A stretch of DNA of 41,064 nucleotides from positions 1 to 41,064 of the forward strand of contig JAKSIW010000001.1 of assembly GCA_024398555.1 (NCBI GenBank). Direction: 5' to 3'. Origin of the DNA: Bacteroidaceae bacterium. GTDB lineage: Bacteria > Bacteroidota > Bacteroidia > Bacteroidales > Bacteroidaceae. This document shows positions 18,777 to 29,057 of this stretch, piece after piece. The notes beneath the pieces were generated by a model that was given only the letters and a program-made list of their open reading frames with translations, made no database searches and was not told where the DNA came from. Position 1 is the first letter of the stretch; each line of letters opens with the position of its first letter. A program made the translations under genes and the position numbers.

Positions 18777-18834
18777 CTCTAAACTCTTTGGGTAGGAAAC
18801 AAAAACAAGTATCTTCGCGAAAAAATAGTGGAAA

Positions 18835-19659
18835 ATGAAACGGATATTCATATTTGGAATACTGGTGTCGCTGATGACAGCCTGTGGAAGTGATGAGAAC
18901 GGGAATGCCAGGAAATATCTGGTCTCAGCGCAGCAATGTTATGAACGTGGCGAATTTGCAGAGGCAAAGTCTCTGATAGACAGCGTCCGTATCGTATATC
19001 CTAAGGCTTTCGATGCTCGCCGTGAGGGAATAGACCTGCTCCAGAAGGTGGAGATAGCCGAGGCGGAGCGTACAATTGCGTATCATGACAGTGTCATCTC
19101 AGTCCTGAATGAACGTTTCGAGGAAGTGCGCAGAGGTTTCGTATATGAGAAGAATGAGGAATATCAGGATGCTGGCATATACTGCAAGGCATCCCAGACT
19201 GCAGACAGCAATATCGGACGAAACTACATCAGGGCGCAGGTTGATGAACAGGGTCGGCTGACACTGATTTCCAACTACAGCGGTTCTTCGTACATTCACC
19301 ATCGTTCGCTGCACCTCTCCCTGGGTGACAATTACCTGGACACGCCGGTATCCGATGACTTCTATGAATTCAAGGACTTGGGATTATGTTATGAGCGATG
19401 CAATTTTGCCGATGGAAAGGACGGTGGAGCTGCGGCTTTCATTGCCATGAACAAAGACAGGAACATCGATGTGAAACTGATTGGTGACAGAACTGTATCG
19501 ATGCAGATGAAAGCTTCAGACCGCAATGCCGTTGCGGAAGTCTATTCGCTGTCGCTTCTGCTGAAGTCCATCGCTGAGGCTACTGCCATGCGTGACGAGG
19601 CGAAACGTAAAATCCAGTTCGTGGAGGCCAATATTGCCCGAAAGGACTCCCTGCAGTAG
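18835..19659 (+). CDS. Hypothetical lipoprotein (no family recognised)
   Basis: 274 aa with the lipobox MKRIFIFGILVSLMTAC at Cys17. Codon usage looks normal, and the ORF fills the gap between two well-supported genes. Confidence 0.6.
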   Translation: MKRIFIFGILVSLMTACGSDENGNARKYLVSAQQCYERGEFAEAKSLIDSVRIVYPKAFDARREGIDLLQKVEIAEAERTIAYHDSVISVLNERFEEVRRGFVYEKNEEYQDAGIYCKASQTADSNIGRNYIRAQVDEQGRLTLISNYSGSSYIHHRSLHLSLGDNYLDTPVSDDFYEFKDLGLCYERCNFADGKDGGAAAFIAMNKDRNIDVKLIGDRTVSMQMKASDRNAVAEVYSLSLLLKSIAEATAMRDEAKRKIQFVEANIARKDSLQ

Positions 19660-19668
19660 GAATTATTG

Positions 19669-21039
19669 TCAGAGCAGGAGATTGCCGAGAATAATGGCAA
19701 TGACTCCGAACGGGGCAATGTATCTGACAAGTATGTAAAAGGTCTTCTGCAACCACATGGCTGTCGATGAGTGACCGTGCGCGCCAAGTTCGTCCATGAA
19801 GTCCTCCTTTTTCATTATCCAGCCTGCAAAGCATAACATGAACAGACCTGAAAATGTCATCAGAACATTGGATGATGTCTTGTCAAAGAAATCGAAAAGG
19901 TTCAGCCCCAACAGCCTGACTTCGGCCAGAGGTCCCTGTGACAGGGAACAGAATATTCCGATGGTTCCGCAGATGGCAAAAGCCATCAGAACGGATACTG
20001 TTCTGCTCTTTCCGTATCTTTCAATGAAAAAAGCAGTGATTGATTCCATGAGTGATACGGAAGAGGTGATTGCAGCCAGCAGCAGCGAAAGGAAGAAGAG
20101 AATGGCTGCAATATTGCCAAACGGCATGGATGAAAATATTCCGGGCAGGGTGATGAATACAAGTCCGGGTCCGGCATTGACATCCGGAACGGTGCCGTTA
20201 ATGCTGGCAATTGCAAAGATGGCCGGTATGATGGCGATTCCCGCAACAATGGCAAACATGGTGTCGAGAAATGCAGTGGCAATAGAAGATGTGGTGATGT
20301 CATCCTGACTTTTCACGTAGGAGCCGTATATCAGAATTGTTCCGCATCCGAGTCCTAACGAGAAGAAGGACTGTCCCAGAGCGGCAACAATGGTGCTTCC
20401 CGTGACCTTCCTGAAGTCAGGCACGAAAAGATATCTGATACCGTCCATAGCTCCCGGCAGTGTGACAGCGCGAATGGCAACGACGATGATGATTATGAAT
20501 AGAATGACCATCATCACCTTGGAGAATTTCTCGATTCCCTGCTTGACTCCTCCAAGAATAATGTATGATGTGGCGCCGATGAATATCAGTGTGAAAATGA
20601 CAGGAGACCATGCGGATGATACGAAGCTGTTGAACATGCCGGCGTAATCCGCTGCCGGTGACTGGAAGCGGAATGAGACAGCCAGTGTCAGATACTTGAC
20701 GGCCCATCCGCCTACCACGCTATAGAATGACAGTACACATACTGCAGCCAGAACGCCGAAGGCGCCTATGAACTTGAGCTTGGGAAACCCCAACTTGCTG
20801 AAGGCTCCGATTGCATTGGAACGGGTCCGACGGCCTATGAGAAATTCGGTGATGAACAGCGGCAGACTCATAGTGCACATGAGTACCACATAAATGAGGA
20901 TGAACGCGGCCCCTCCGTTCTCGGCTGTCAGATACGGGAATCTCCACATATTGCCCAGTCCTATGGCGGAACCTGCCATAGCCATCAGCACACCGAACTT
21001 GCTGCTGAATTTCTCACGTTGTTTGTTTGAGTCTGCCAT
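19669..21039 (-). CDS. Sodium-dependent transporter, SNF (neurotransmitter:sodium symporter) family
   Basis: 456 aa with the N-terminal signature GSAIGLGNMWRFPYL and about 11-12 TM helices. Confidence 0.9.
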   Translation of the reverse strand: MADSNKQREKFSSKFGVLMAMAGSAIGLGNMWRFPYLTAENGGAAFILIYVVLMCTMSLPLFITEFLIGRRTRSNAIGAFSKLGFPKLKFIGAFGVLAAVCVLSFYSVVGGWAVKYLTLAVSFRFQSPAADYAGMFNSFVSSAWSPVIFTLIFIGATSYIILGGVKQGIEKFSKVMMVILFIIIIVVAIRAVTLPGAMDGIRYLFVPDFRKVTGSTIVAALGQSFFSLGLGCGTILIYGSYVKSQDDITTSSIATAFLDTMFAIVAGIAIIPAIFAIASINGTVPDVNAGPGLVFITLPGIFSSMPFGNIAAILFFLSLLLAAITSSVSLMESITAFFIERYGKSRTVSVLMAFAICGTIGIFCSLSQGPLAEVRLLGLNLFDFFDKTSSNVLMTFSGLFMLCFAGWIMKKEDFMDELGAHGHSSTAMWLQKTFYILVRYIAPFGVIAIILGNLLL

Positions 21040-21061
21040 ACTGTGGATTCGCAGTTTTCTG

Positions 21062-21069
21062 CAAAAATA
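21062..21069 (-). promoter_or_regulatory. -7 promoter box (TATTTTTG on the minus strand) for the SNF transporter
   Basis: CAAAAATA on the plus strand lies 22 nt upstream of the transporter ATG, in the 37-nt gap after the sprA stop. Confidence 0.4.
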
Positions 21070-21076
21070 AGAAAAA

Positions 21077-24000
21077 TCAGCGTGTCAGAGCGAACTTTAT
21101 CGTAAATCCGGCATCGTGAGTGGAAGTTGGGAATGAAGATGTGGATACGAGCGGGAAACTGCTCTGGAAATCATAGTAGAAATTCAGAGTAATCATCTTG
21201 CTGTATGTATAATCGGCGGAGAAAGCTACCTTGACCGCCCTGCTGCCGCTGGTCGCCTGGGTGGTAAGCGCTGAAATGCTACGGCACAGGGCATTCTGGC
21301 GGCGTATTGAAACATCGCAGTTGAGATTGAGGTCATTGCTGACCTTATTGCGGCCGGTACCGGGTCTCGCACCGAGTATCTTGAGGTCCGTGAGTCTGTA
21401 TCCGCCGCCTGCGACTATGTCATCCGAGGTGGTCTCTACCATCTGAATGGCCGTCATGCTCAGGTTCATGATTCTTGTCTTGCGAATCTCGAACTTGGCG
21501 GTGATGCCGTTGTTGAGCGTCATGTTGACTCCGATGAGAGGTGAGAAGGACTCGTTGATGGATACCGCACTGATGTCATACATGCTGCTTGGAACAGGAT
21601 TGCCTGATGTCACATCCTGAATGAATCCAGGTCCGTTCATGTATTCCATGTATGAGGAGAAGGTACTGTATCCTCCCATGGAGAATACGCTCTTGTACGA
21701 ATGAGTCAGGCTGAAATTCTTGAAATACCTGTTGAAAGGCTGCAGCTTGTTCAGACCGTTGTACGTTATGCTCCAGTTGGGAAGCATGGAGAGCATTGAC
21801 GGGAACAGACTCAGGGATGAAGATGAGGCGTCACGCCCGGTATATGCAGCGAGGAATGCTGGTATCATGACATCAGCCGAGTACTTGTTGACACCTCCGT
21901 TTGCCTTGTTGTACAATTCTCCGGGCATGCTGCTCTCCAAAGGATAACGTGCGCCTTCATATCTGCGCTCGATTCTGGCCTGCATAACATCCAGATTGTC
22001 GCAGAACCTGTCAAATGCCTTGGAATGGTAGTCGTTTGATGCCTTGTGGGACTCGAATGCGCTGCCTATGGTGATGGTGGTCATGGAGAATGTTCCGCTG
22101 CCGGTGGTCGGCATGCCCTTGTACATGTACTGTATCTTCTTTGCCTGATTCCTGTTCCACTGGGCGTTCAGGTCTATCTTGACATCGCTGACCGGTTCGA
22201 GATTCATTCTCATCTGCAGACTCTGTGTGCTGCTGGTCTGGGCATTCTGTGCAATACTGTCGTTGCTGAGCAGCCATCCGCGGTCGTGGACTTTCTGCAG
22301 GTAGTCGTCTCCAATCAGACCGAAGGCGAAGTCAAGACCGGGGGCCATTCCGTCGGAAAGGCTCTTCTGACCGAACATGGATCCTGCATTCGGCATGAAT
22401 CCGGGTAATGTCATGGAGTAGTCATCCTTGTATGTCACTGAAAAGGTGCGAACCATCATCAGCATTCTGGCTGAGAACTGTGCGACATCATTCATCTGTA
22501 TTCTTTCCTGACGGTTCAGCTTTTCCGGATTGATGGCGACATTCAGCTTGATGCGTACCGAGTCCTTGCTCTTTATGGTTATGGAGTTGCCGTCACTCCT
22601 GCGGTACTTCAGCTTGTATTCTGCTCCGTCTGCAGTTATGGCGCGTACATCAGGACGGAGCGTGCCCTGATTGTGCTCGATTGTGTATGTCGAGTCGGGG
22701 AGAAGCAGAATCTCCTGGCTGAATGCCTTTGGCCTTCTCTTCCTGTCCGCCTCCTTCCTGAGGTTCCTGGAGTTGTCGCTCGTGTTGTACCGGTTGTTGA
22801 CATCCTTCAGGAACTTGCTCTTGTTGTAGAGTTTCTGCAGGTCGAACTTACCTGTTGCTGTCAGGCTTCTTCTGGAGGCGATGATATTGCCGAAGGATGA
22901 ACCGTCCGCATATTTGGTACCTCTGTTCCAACTGTACTGTGAGTTGTAGGACAGCGAAGTCGTTGTCCAGTTCAGAACCGGCAGCTTGCCGAGCGGAAGC
23001 ACGTATGAGGCCGTGTATGTCTGCTGATAGTCAAGCGGCTGCCCCATCTTGAGCAGGCTCACTTTGACGGAATCCTTCCAGATCTCATACTCATCGGGGT
23101 AAAGGTCCTTGTTGACCACACCGTACGGTTCCTCAATTTCCGCCTGTGTCCTCGTGCTCAGATTCATCTTGAGATCCTTGAAGATGTCCCATCGCATCGA
23201 GAAGTCTCTGTTCAGGTAGAACTGCTGGGAGAAAGTGACAGGTATGCCGTTGTCTCCGGTCATGGACTCAAGGTCGCGCTCCTGAAGCTCATGGTAGTTA
23301 CGGTTGATTTCGGCATTGAATGTGATGTTCTGAGGCAGTGGGTTGAATGTGAAATCCTTGATGACCTTGAACCAGCTGTTGAAGTTCTTTTTGGACTGGA
23401 ACGGCGCATATCCCTTCAGAGGGGAACTGTAACTGTAACTCAGTGAGCCTCTCCATCTCAGATCCTTCTCGTATTCAATTGTACTTCCGCTGTTGTCCTG
23501 GGTGGAACGGGAGTAGTTGATAGAGAAGTTCGCAGGGTCGTATGGCATCGACTTCTTGGAACTGATATTCACTTTCGCACCTGTGATGCTGAAATTACGC
23601 TGTTCCTTCACTTCCTGGGTGATGCTTCTGACAGAGTCGCGACGCTGTTCGTCAGGGTATGACTCAATGACATCATCCAGTTCGAGGTCGGTATCGAACG
23701 GGCTGTACTTGGGAGAGGTCTTCTCCTTGGTGTACGAATAATAAAGAGGTATGGATATCTTCGCCTTCTCCGGAAGGAAACGTCCTACGTTGACGCTTGT
23801 CGTGAATGAATACTTGTAGTAATCATCCATGCTCCGCTCCGATATGCCCTGCTCCAGACCTCCGTATCCGGCAGAACTGTACTTGCCCTTCAGGTCCAGT
23901 GTCATGAGGTCGGACAGCTGGACATTCAGGCTGCCCTGTGCCGCAGAGCCTCCATGACTCTCGTATCCTACCAGTCTCAGCTCGTTGATCCATACTTCGG

Positions 24001-27000
24001 CGGATCTGACTCCCAGCGAGTTGTTCCTGACACCTATCATGATTGCCTTCACGTTGCCTATTGAAGGATTACCTATGACGCTGATTCTGTTGTCGGGATG
24101 TTCCGGGTCATAGTCGCTGAAGATAGTGGACGTACTTACTCCTGATTCCGGATTGTTCCTCTCGCGGTTACGCTTGTTCTTGACGGCTGTCAGTACATCG
24201 AATGTGATGTCAAGCATATTCTCTTTCGGCCACACCTGTCTGCGGGAGCTCTCATTGTCGCCATTGTAGAATCCCGGTTCCGTCACCTTCAGCGGAATCT
24301 CATATTCATAGAAGTTGTTGGAATAGTCTGAACCGAGTCTGATAAATACGGAGACATCGCCGTCCTTCAGGCCCAACACCTCATCCGCCAGGGCTTCCGC
24401 ATGGGAAAACATCTGTATCCGTTCGTATTTGCGCAGATCCAGGGAGGTCTTCTTGTATATACCGCGTGCATCCCCTGCATCAAGATCCTCCACCTTGATG
24501 CTCATGGCCTGCTCGTTGTCCTGGATGAGCTGGGTCTGGTTGGGGTCGAGAATTCTGGTTATGCCGGGCGGAACCACGTAGTTGACAGGCTTGCGGTCTC
24601 CGTTCTCCTCAATATTGACTGATGCGGCGGTCAGCTTTCCTGATACCTTGGCACCGGGTAACGATGGATTGCTTACAGGCTTGTCGTAGAGACGCCACTG
24701 GCTTGTCATGAGCTCCAGGGTTCCGAAACGGATGTGTGTCTCTTCTTTAAAACCCGTGAGGAACATGCGCATGAAGCGGATGGAACTGAAGTCACGGATG
24801 CCGCCGTATGCCTTGTCGAACTGGTCAATGGGAACTCTGAAACAGTACCAGGATACATTTTCCGTCCTGTTGTTGCGGAGCTTCACCTTGACATCCCGCC
24901 TGTCAACAATGAAGTTGCTGCCTACGACCAGATCAGACGGACGCAGTGAGACTCTGTAGCTGAAATATTTCTCATATTCATCGAGAGTATAGTCGCTGTT
25001 GGCATCCTCGACGTCAGGCGTGGTCTTGGCTGATGAATTGTAGCTCTGTCCGGTATCTCCGGAATTCGGAGAATTGCCTTCAGTACCGTTGTAGCGTTTG
25101 TATCTTTCCAGAATTGAGACCTCGGCATCATCGTAGTCGCTGCCCCTGAAGTAGTGATAGTTGTCATTTGCCGGATCGCTCAGAATACTTCTGTAGGTAC
25201 TGTCGCTGACAATCGGTCTGATTGCTTCAAGATAGTCCCTGTACGTCGGGAAATCGGCCTCGTCCTCACTGGACAGACCGTTCAGACCCACATCCTGCCG
25301 TCCGCGGTTGTCAGAGTCATTGTTGTCGAAGGCATAGATCAGACTGCTGATTGTCGGAACGCGTCCCCATACCGTGGTGGAATACTTGGCCGGGTCTCCA
25401 TCCGCAGGGATGCCGTTCTCAAAGAATTTCTTTCCATCTTTCAGAACATCCTCCGACACTTCACCGAGGTTGATGTAAAGGTCACCTCCTCCTGCCTCTT
25501 CGTCGTACACGAACGGATCCATCATCCAGAACTCGATGTATTCGATGTTGGCGGATTCGAAGTCTGTTGTGGAAAGGCTGCGCATTATGCCGCCCCAGTT
25601 GCCTGCGGGATCTTTAAGATGTCCGTCATGTGTCAGGTCTGGATTGAGATTGTACGGACCGCGTTCCTGAGGATAGTATGCCAGATTCAACACTGACAGG
25701 GTAGTGGATTCACTGGAGTTGGACTCCTTGTTTGGGTAGAGTTCGCGTTCGTATATCTCTCTGACAAAGTGACTCGACAGCTGATCCAGATCACTCTTGA
25801 TGTGAGACGGTGTCAGAGATGAGTTCCTGCGTGTGAACAGGGGGTCGATGGTGAACCAGTTGAGCAGAGCTCTGCGATATCCTGTCCTGACATCATTGCT
25901 GACATTGCTGTATTCAAACAGATTCTCGCCCTGTGGAATTGCAGCGAGTGACCATGCTGTCGGCTGGCTTATGCTGATTCCGCTTTCCGCAGCTTCGAAG
26001 TCGTCGATGTATGACGCATTTCCCTGCACCTTTGAGGAAACGTCCGAATACAGCTTGGCCATCTCTGTCGATAGAGTGATTCTGGATGGATCGGTGGCAT
26101 TCACGAAGGGGATGAAGTTCACGAGCTTGGTGAGAGCCTGACTTTCCTTCTTCCAGTTGAGGTTCACTCCCAGCATGGTATTCACGAGAGGCTCGCTGCC
26201 CATCGCCACTTTGCTGGTGAGAGGCTTCTCGTTCATGTGCATCAGGGTACCGCTCATCTGGAAATTGTCGGTGAAATCGTATTTCCAGTTGACGCCGGCC
26301 ATCGTCTTGCGCTGCATGCTGTAATTGGTGTTGCTCTCCAGAGATACGTCTATGTCGGTTCCTGCATCGATTATGCTCTGGTTGATTATTGTGACCGTTC
26401 CGGCACCGTAATCCACTGTGTAATCGGTATTTTCGGTCAGTATGACACCACCGGCAGAGACGACTACAGAACCCCTTGGAATATTGAACGCTCCCAGACT
26501 GATTACGTTGCCGGATGAACCGGACATCTCACCTCCGATGATGAACTTGTCCTTTTCTGCAATTCGTCTGGCTACAGTCTTTGTGGAGTCGTAGAGTTCC
26601 TGGAATACATATTTGTCTGCAATCCTATCATCTCCAATCACCTTCCTGAGATGGCTTCCGAAAGGCTCGACAACAGGGAATATGATGCGGCCTGTCTGCG
26701 GCTCGACCGTATATCCTTCCACAAAGTCAAACTGTCCGTTAGGGTGGGCTGTCTGGTTTTCATCCAGCCTGTCCAGATTCATGAGACTGAGCAGCGGGCT
26801 GCTCTTCAGACCGGCTTCCGGCAGGTATGTCAGATTGGTACCGGTACTGTCTGACGCATAGTAGATCTTCAGTTTGAATCCGGTTCTCTGGAGTGAACTT
26901 CCCGAACTGATACTGTACACGTTCTTCATCATCAGATTCCAGGTGCCGGATGCCGGAGAATTGGAGTTGGATTTGAGCAGCTTCAGATACAGCGTCTGCC

Positions 27001-28438
27001 GTGAGTCAGGTATATCACCGGAAAATTCGCCCACCTGATATGTCTGGCCTCCGTATGTGTATTCGAATGCCACTGCCAGTGCCTCATCGGATGTCAGTGA
27101 AGACTTCAGTGAAATGTAACCGAGCGAACCGTTCAGAATGTACTCGTTCTCATTGAGCTTGCGCGCATTCGATATCTTCTCGTAGTCATTGCCTCCGCTG
27201 AGAATGCCGTTGAATACGATGGCGATGGAATCTGCGTTTCTTGCGGACGGGAAATCCGAAATGATGGACCGGTACAGGGTATTTGCCGTGTTGGACGGTT
27301 GCGGGCCGTCGAGACGGCGCCACATGTTTTCGTTGAAGATATGCTCCGACTCTCCAAGATCGGTAAATGCCAGAATGTTTCGTGGACTGTCGTAACTGCT
27401 CCGCTTGTTGGTCACCCAGACCTCGATTCTCGTTATGATAACTCCGGACATGATGGCGGGCAGCATCTCCATGTTGCTGTCGTACCTGTCGCGGAAGTAC
27501 TGCGCCAGAAAGAAATGGCGGTTCTCATCGTAGTCACTGGCATCTATTTCGTATTCACTCACCTGATTGCCGCTCTTGGAACTCACTGATCTCGAGGACG
27601 ATTCCTTCTGCGAAATCACCGTCTGCAGTGAGAGCTTGCCGAACTGCAGGTCCGTGCGTATTCCGAAGAGGGAAGTGGCTCCCTGTATCAGCGACGAATT
27701 GGACGGAAAACTTACGTTACCAGCCTCGAACAGCTTGATGATCTCATCCTCCTTGCCTTCGTATCTGAGCTTGATTTTCCGTGTGTCAAACGTGAATGTG
27801 GCCTCGGTGTTGTAGTTGAGGTCCATGTTTATCTTGTCGCCGACCTTGGCATTCATGCTCAGGTTTATCTGCTCGTCGAAGTCGAAGCCGAAGGTCTTTC
27901 TGTTCTGGGCGGACAGCGATGGATTGTCCACACGGTTGCTGTTCAGACCGAACTTCAGCGATGCCGAACCGTTTGTCTTGATCTGTACTCCTCCGGGACC
28001 GAATATCTTTTCCGCAGGACCGAGGTCGAAGTGCATGTCCGTAAAGTCGAACTTCTCCTTGCCGGAAGACTCGTATTCAGTCTCGTTCCTGCTGCGGAAA
28101 TACTCCTGCATGGACTTGTTCAAGCTCCATCTGTTGTATTCCTCCGGGGTCATGAGGATAGGTACGTCCAGATAGTAGTCGCCAAGTTTTGTTCCTACCG
28201 TGTATGTGTGGGATGAGACATCGTATTCTGTGGCCTGCGTGATGTTCTCCGGGGTTTTCAGGTCGGCGGCGCTTCCGCTGTTCAGGTCCTCACTGTTCTC
28301 GGCTGATGTCTTGCTGACTCTGAAGCGTGACAGTCTGATCGTGTCACCCTGGGTCTGCTGGGCTTGCAGCGTGCACAGGTATCCTTCGGAAAGAACGCCT
28401 GCGAGTACTGCCGCCACTATGACATAAAACCGTCTCAT
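21077..28438 (-). CDS. sprA: Type IX secretion system translocon SprA (Sov)
   Basis: About 2453 aa with a signal peptide (MRRFYVIVAAVLAGVL). It is a very large, beta-rich, Asn/Ser/Tyr/Gly-rich outer-membrane protein ending in an aromatic-rich beta strand (HDAGFTIKFALTR). Its size and its position next to ruvA match what I recall for sprA/sov in other Bacteroidota. ATG at 28438 is preferred over the GTG at 28441. Confidence 0.88.
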   Translation of the reverse strand: MRRFYVIVAAVLAGVLSEGYLCTLQAQQTQGDTIRLSRFRVSKTSAENSEDLNSGSAADLKTPENITQATEYDVSSHTYTVGTKLGDYYLDVPILMTPEEYNRWSLNKSMQEYFRSRNETEYESSGKEKFDFTDMHFDLGPAEKIFGPGGVQIKTNGSASLKFGLNSNRVDNPSLSAQNRKTFGFDFDEQINLSMNAKVGDKINMDLNYNTEATFTFDTRKIKLRYEGKEDEIIKLFEAGNVSFPSNSSLIQGATSLFGIRTDLQFGKLSLQTVISQKESSSRSVSSKSGNQVSEYEIDASDYDENRHFFLAQYFRDRYDSNMEMLPAIMSGVIITRIEVWVTNKRSSYDSPRNILAFTDLGESEHIFNENMWRRLDGPQPSNTANTLYRSIISDFPSARNADSIAIVFNGILSGGNDYEKISNARKLNENEYILNGSLGYISLKSSLTSDEALAVAFEYTYGGQTYQVGEFSGDIPDSRQTLYLKLLKSNSNSPASGTWNLMMKNVYSISSGSSLQRTGFKLKIYYASDSTGTNLTYLPEAGLKSSPLLSLMNLDRLDENQTAHPNGQFDFVEGYTVEPQTGRIIFPVVEPFGSHLRKVIGDDRIADKYVFQELYDSTKTVARRIAEKDKFIIGGEMSGSSGNVISLGAFNIPRGSVVVSAGGVILTENTDYTVDYGAGTVTIINQSIIDAGTDIDVSLESNTNYSMQRKTMAGVNWKYDFTDNFQMSGTLMHMNEKPLTSKVAMGSEPLVNTMLGVNLNWKKESQALTKLVNFIPFVNATDPSRITLSTEMAKLYSDVSSKVQGNASYIDDFEAAESGISISQPTAWSLAAIPQGENLFEYSNVSNDVRTGYRRALLNWFTIDPLFTRRNSSLTPSHIKSDLDQLSSHFVREIYERELYPNKESNSSESTTLSVLNLAYYPQERGPYNLNPDLTHDGHLKDPAGNWGGIMRSLSTTDFESANIEYIEFWMMDPFVYDEEAGGGDLYINLGEVSEDVLKDGKKFFENGIPADGDPAKYSTTVWGRVPTISSLIYAFDNNDSDNRGRQDVGLNGLSSEDEADFPTYRDYLEAIRPIVSDSTYRSILSDPANDNYHYFRGSDYDDAEVSILERYKRYNGTEGNSPNSGDTGQSYNSSAKTTPDVEDANSDYTLDEYEKYFSYRVSLRPSDLVVGSNFIVDRRDVKVKLRNNRTENVSWYCFRVPIDQFDKAYGGIRDFSSIRFMRMFLTGFKEETHIRFGTLELMTSQWRLYDKPVSNPSLPGAKVSGKLTAASVNIEENGDRKPVNYVVPPGITRILDPNQTQLIQDNEQAMSIKVEDLDAGDARGIYKKTSLDLRKYERIQMFSHAEALADEVLGLKDGDVSVFIRLGSDYSNNFYEYEIPLKVTEPGFYNGDNESSRRQVWPKENMLDITFDVLTAVKNKRNRERNNPESGVSTSTIFSDYDPEHPDNRISVIGNPSIGNVKAIMIGVRNNSLGVRSAEVWINELRLVGYESHGGSAAQGSLNVQLSDLMTLDLKGKYSSAGYGGLEQGISERSMDDYYKYSFTTSVNVGRFLPEKAKISIPLYYSYTKEKTSPKYSPFDTDLELDDVIESYPDEQRRDSVRSITQEVKEQRNFSITGAKVNISSKKSMPYDPANFSINYSRSTQDNSGSTIEYEKDLRWRGSLSYSYSSPLKGYAPFQSKKNFNSWFKVIKDFTFNPLPQNITFNAEINRNYHELQERDLESMTGDNGIPVTFSQQFYLNRDFSMRWDIFKDLKMNLSTRTQAEIEEPYGVVNKDLYPDEYEIWKDSVKVSLLKMGQPLDYQQTYTASYVLPLGKLPVLNWTTTSLSYNSQYSWNRGTKYADGSSFGNIIASRRSLTATGKFDLQKLYNKSKFLKDVNNRYNTSDNSRNLRKEADRKRRPKAFSQEILLLPDSTYTIEHNQGTLRPDVRAITADGAEYKLKYRRSDGNSITIKSKDSVRIKLNVAINPEKLNRQERIQMNDVAQFSARMLMMVRTFSVTYKDDYSMTLPGFMPNAGSMFGQKSLSDGMAPGLDFAFGLIGDDYLQKVHDRGWLLSNDSIAQNAQTSSTQSLQMRMNLEPVSDVKIDLNAQWNRNQAKKIQYMYKGMPTTGSGTFSMTTITIGSAFESHKASNDYHSKAFDRFCDNLDVMQARIERRYEGARYPLESSMPGELYNKANGGVNKYSADVMIPAFLAAYTGRDASSSSLSLFPSMLSMLPNWSITYNGLNKLQPFNRYFKNFSLTHSYKSVFSMGGYSTFSSYMEYMNGPGFIQDVTSGNPVPSSMYDISAVSINESFSPLIGVNMTLNNGITAKFEIRKTRIMNLSMTAIQMVETTSDDIVAGGGYRLTDLKILGARPGTGRNKVSNDLNLNCDVSIRRQNALCRSISALTTQATSGSRAVKVAFSADYTYSKMITLNFYYDFQSSFPLVSTSSFPTSTHDAGFTIKFALTR

Positions 28439-28457
28439 CACCTTCGGGACAATCTGT

Positions 28458-29057
28458 TCAAATCCTCTTCAACGCTTCTTTAATTACCGCTTCCACGCTG
28501 AAGTCAGGCTTCTCTTTGACAATTGCCTGGACAACTTTGAGTGAGGCAGCCTGCTGGAAACCGAGCATGGTCAGCGCGGCTGTGGCGCTTTCTACCGTTT
28601 CTCCCGCAGCGGAACCTGATACCGCATTCCCGGCATTTCCGGCAGCTGCCGATTCCACACAAATCTTGTCGTGCAGGTCCACTATGATTCTCTGCGCAGT
28701 CTTGAGGCCGATACCTTTTACCTGCTTTAGCTGACGTTCGTCACCACTGCTGATGATTGACTCCAGTTCTGCAGGTGAGAATGCCGACTGTATCATTCTG
28801 GCGGATGAACCGCCGATGCCGGGGACTGAAATGAGCAGCAGGAACAGTTCCCGCTCTCTGCGGTCGGCGAAACCGTATAGGACATACGCGTCTTCACGTA
28901 TTGCCTCATACACGTACAGCCTCACCTCGGACTTGCCGCGGATGGCCGAATAGGTGTTCAGAGAGATGTTGAGGAGATATCCCACTCCGCCGGCCGTGGC
29001 TATTGTTGCCTGTGCCGGATCCAGTTCTTCGATTCTGCCTTGGATGAATTCAATCAT
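28458..29057 (-). CDS. ruvA: Holliday junction branch migration complex subunit RuvA
   Basis: 199 aa with MIEFIQGRI...[14 protein letters not shown] and the HhH motifs [13 protein letters not shown] and [15 protein letters not shown]. Confidence 0.95.
   Translation of the reverse strand: MIEFIQGRIEELDPAQATIATAGGVGYLLNISLNTYSAIRGKSEVRLYVYEAIREDAYVLYGFADRRERELFLLLISVPGIGGSSARMIQSAFSPAELESIISSGDERQLKQVKGIGLKTAQRIIVDLHDKICVESAAAGNAGNAVSGSAAGETVESATAALTMLGFQQAASLKVVQAIVKEKPDFSVEAVIKEALKRI

Noticed and set aside
19655-19683. An inverted repeat CCTGC-N19-GCAGG across the lipoprotein/SNF convergent junction.
   Set aside because: A 5-bp stem with a 19-nt loop is not thermodynamically meaningful, and it lies largely within coding sequence.
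21231-28427. About twenty plus-strand ORFs of 60-180 aa scattered through the sprA gene (for example 25154-25696, 22046-22408 and 27816-28175).
   Set aside because: The minus-strand sprA frame is uninterrupted for 7.4 kb with coherent outer-membrane beta-barrel composition. The plus-strand ORFs are short and motif-free, as expected by chance in a long gene with few antisense stop codons.
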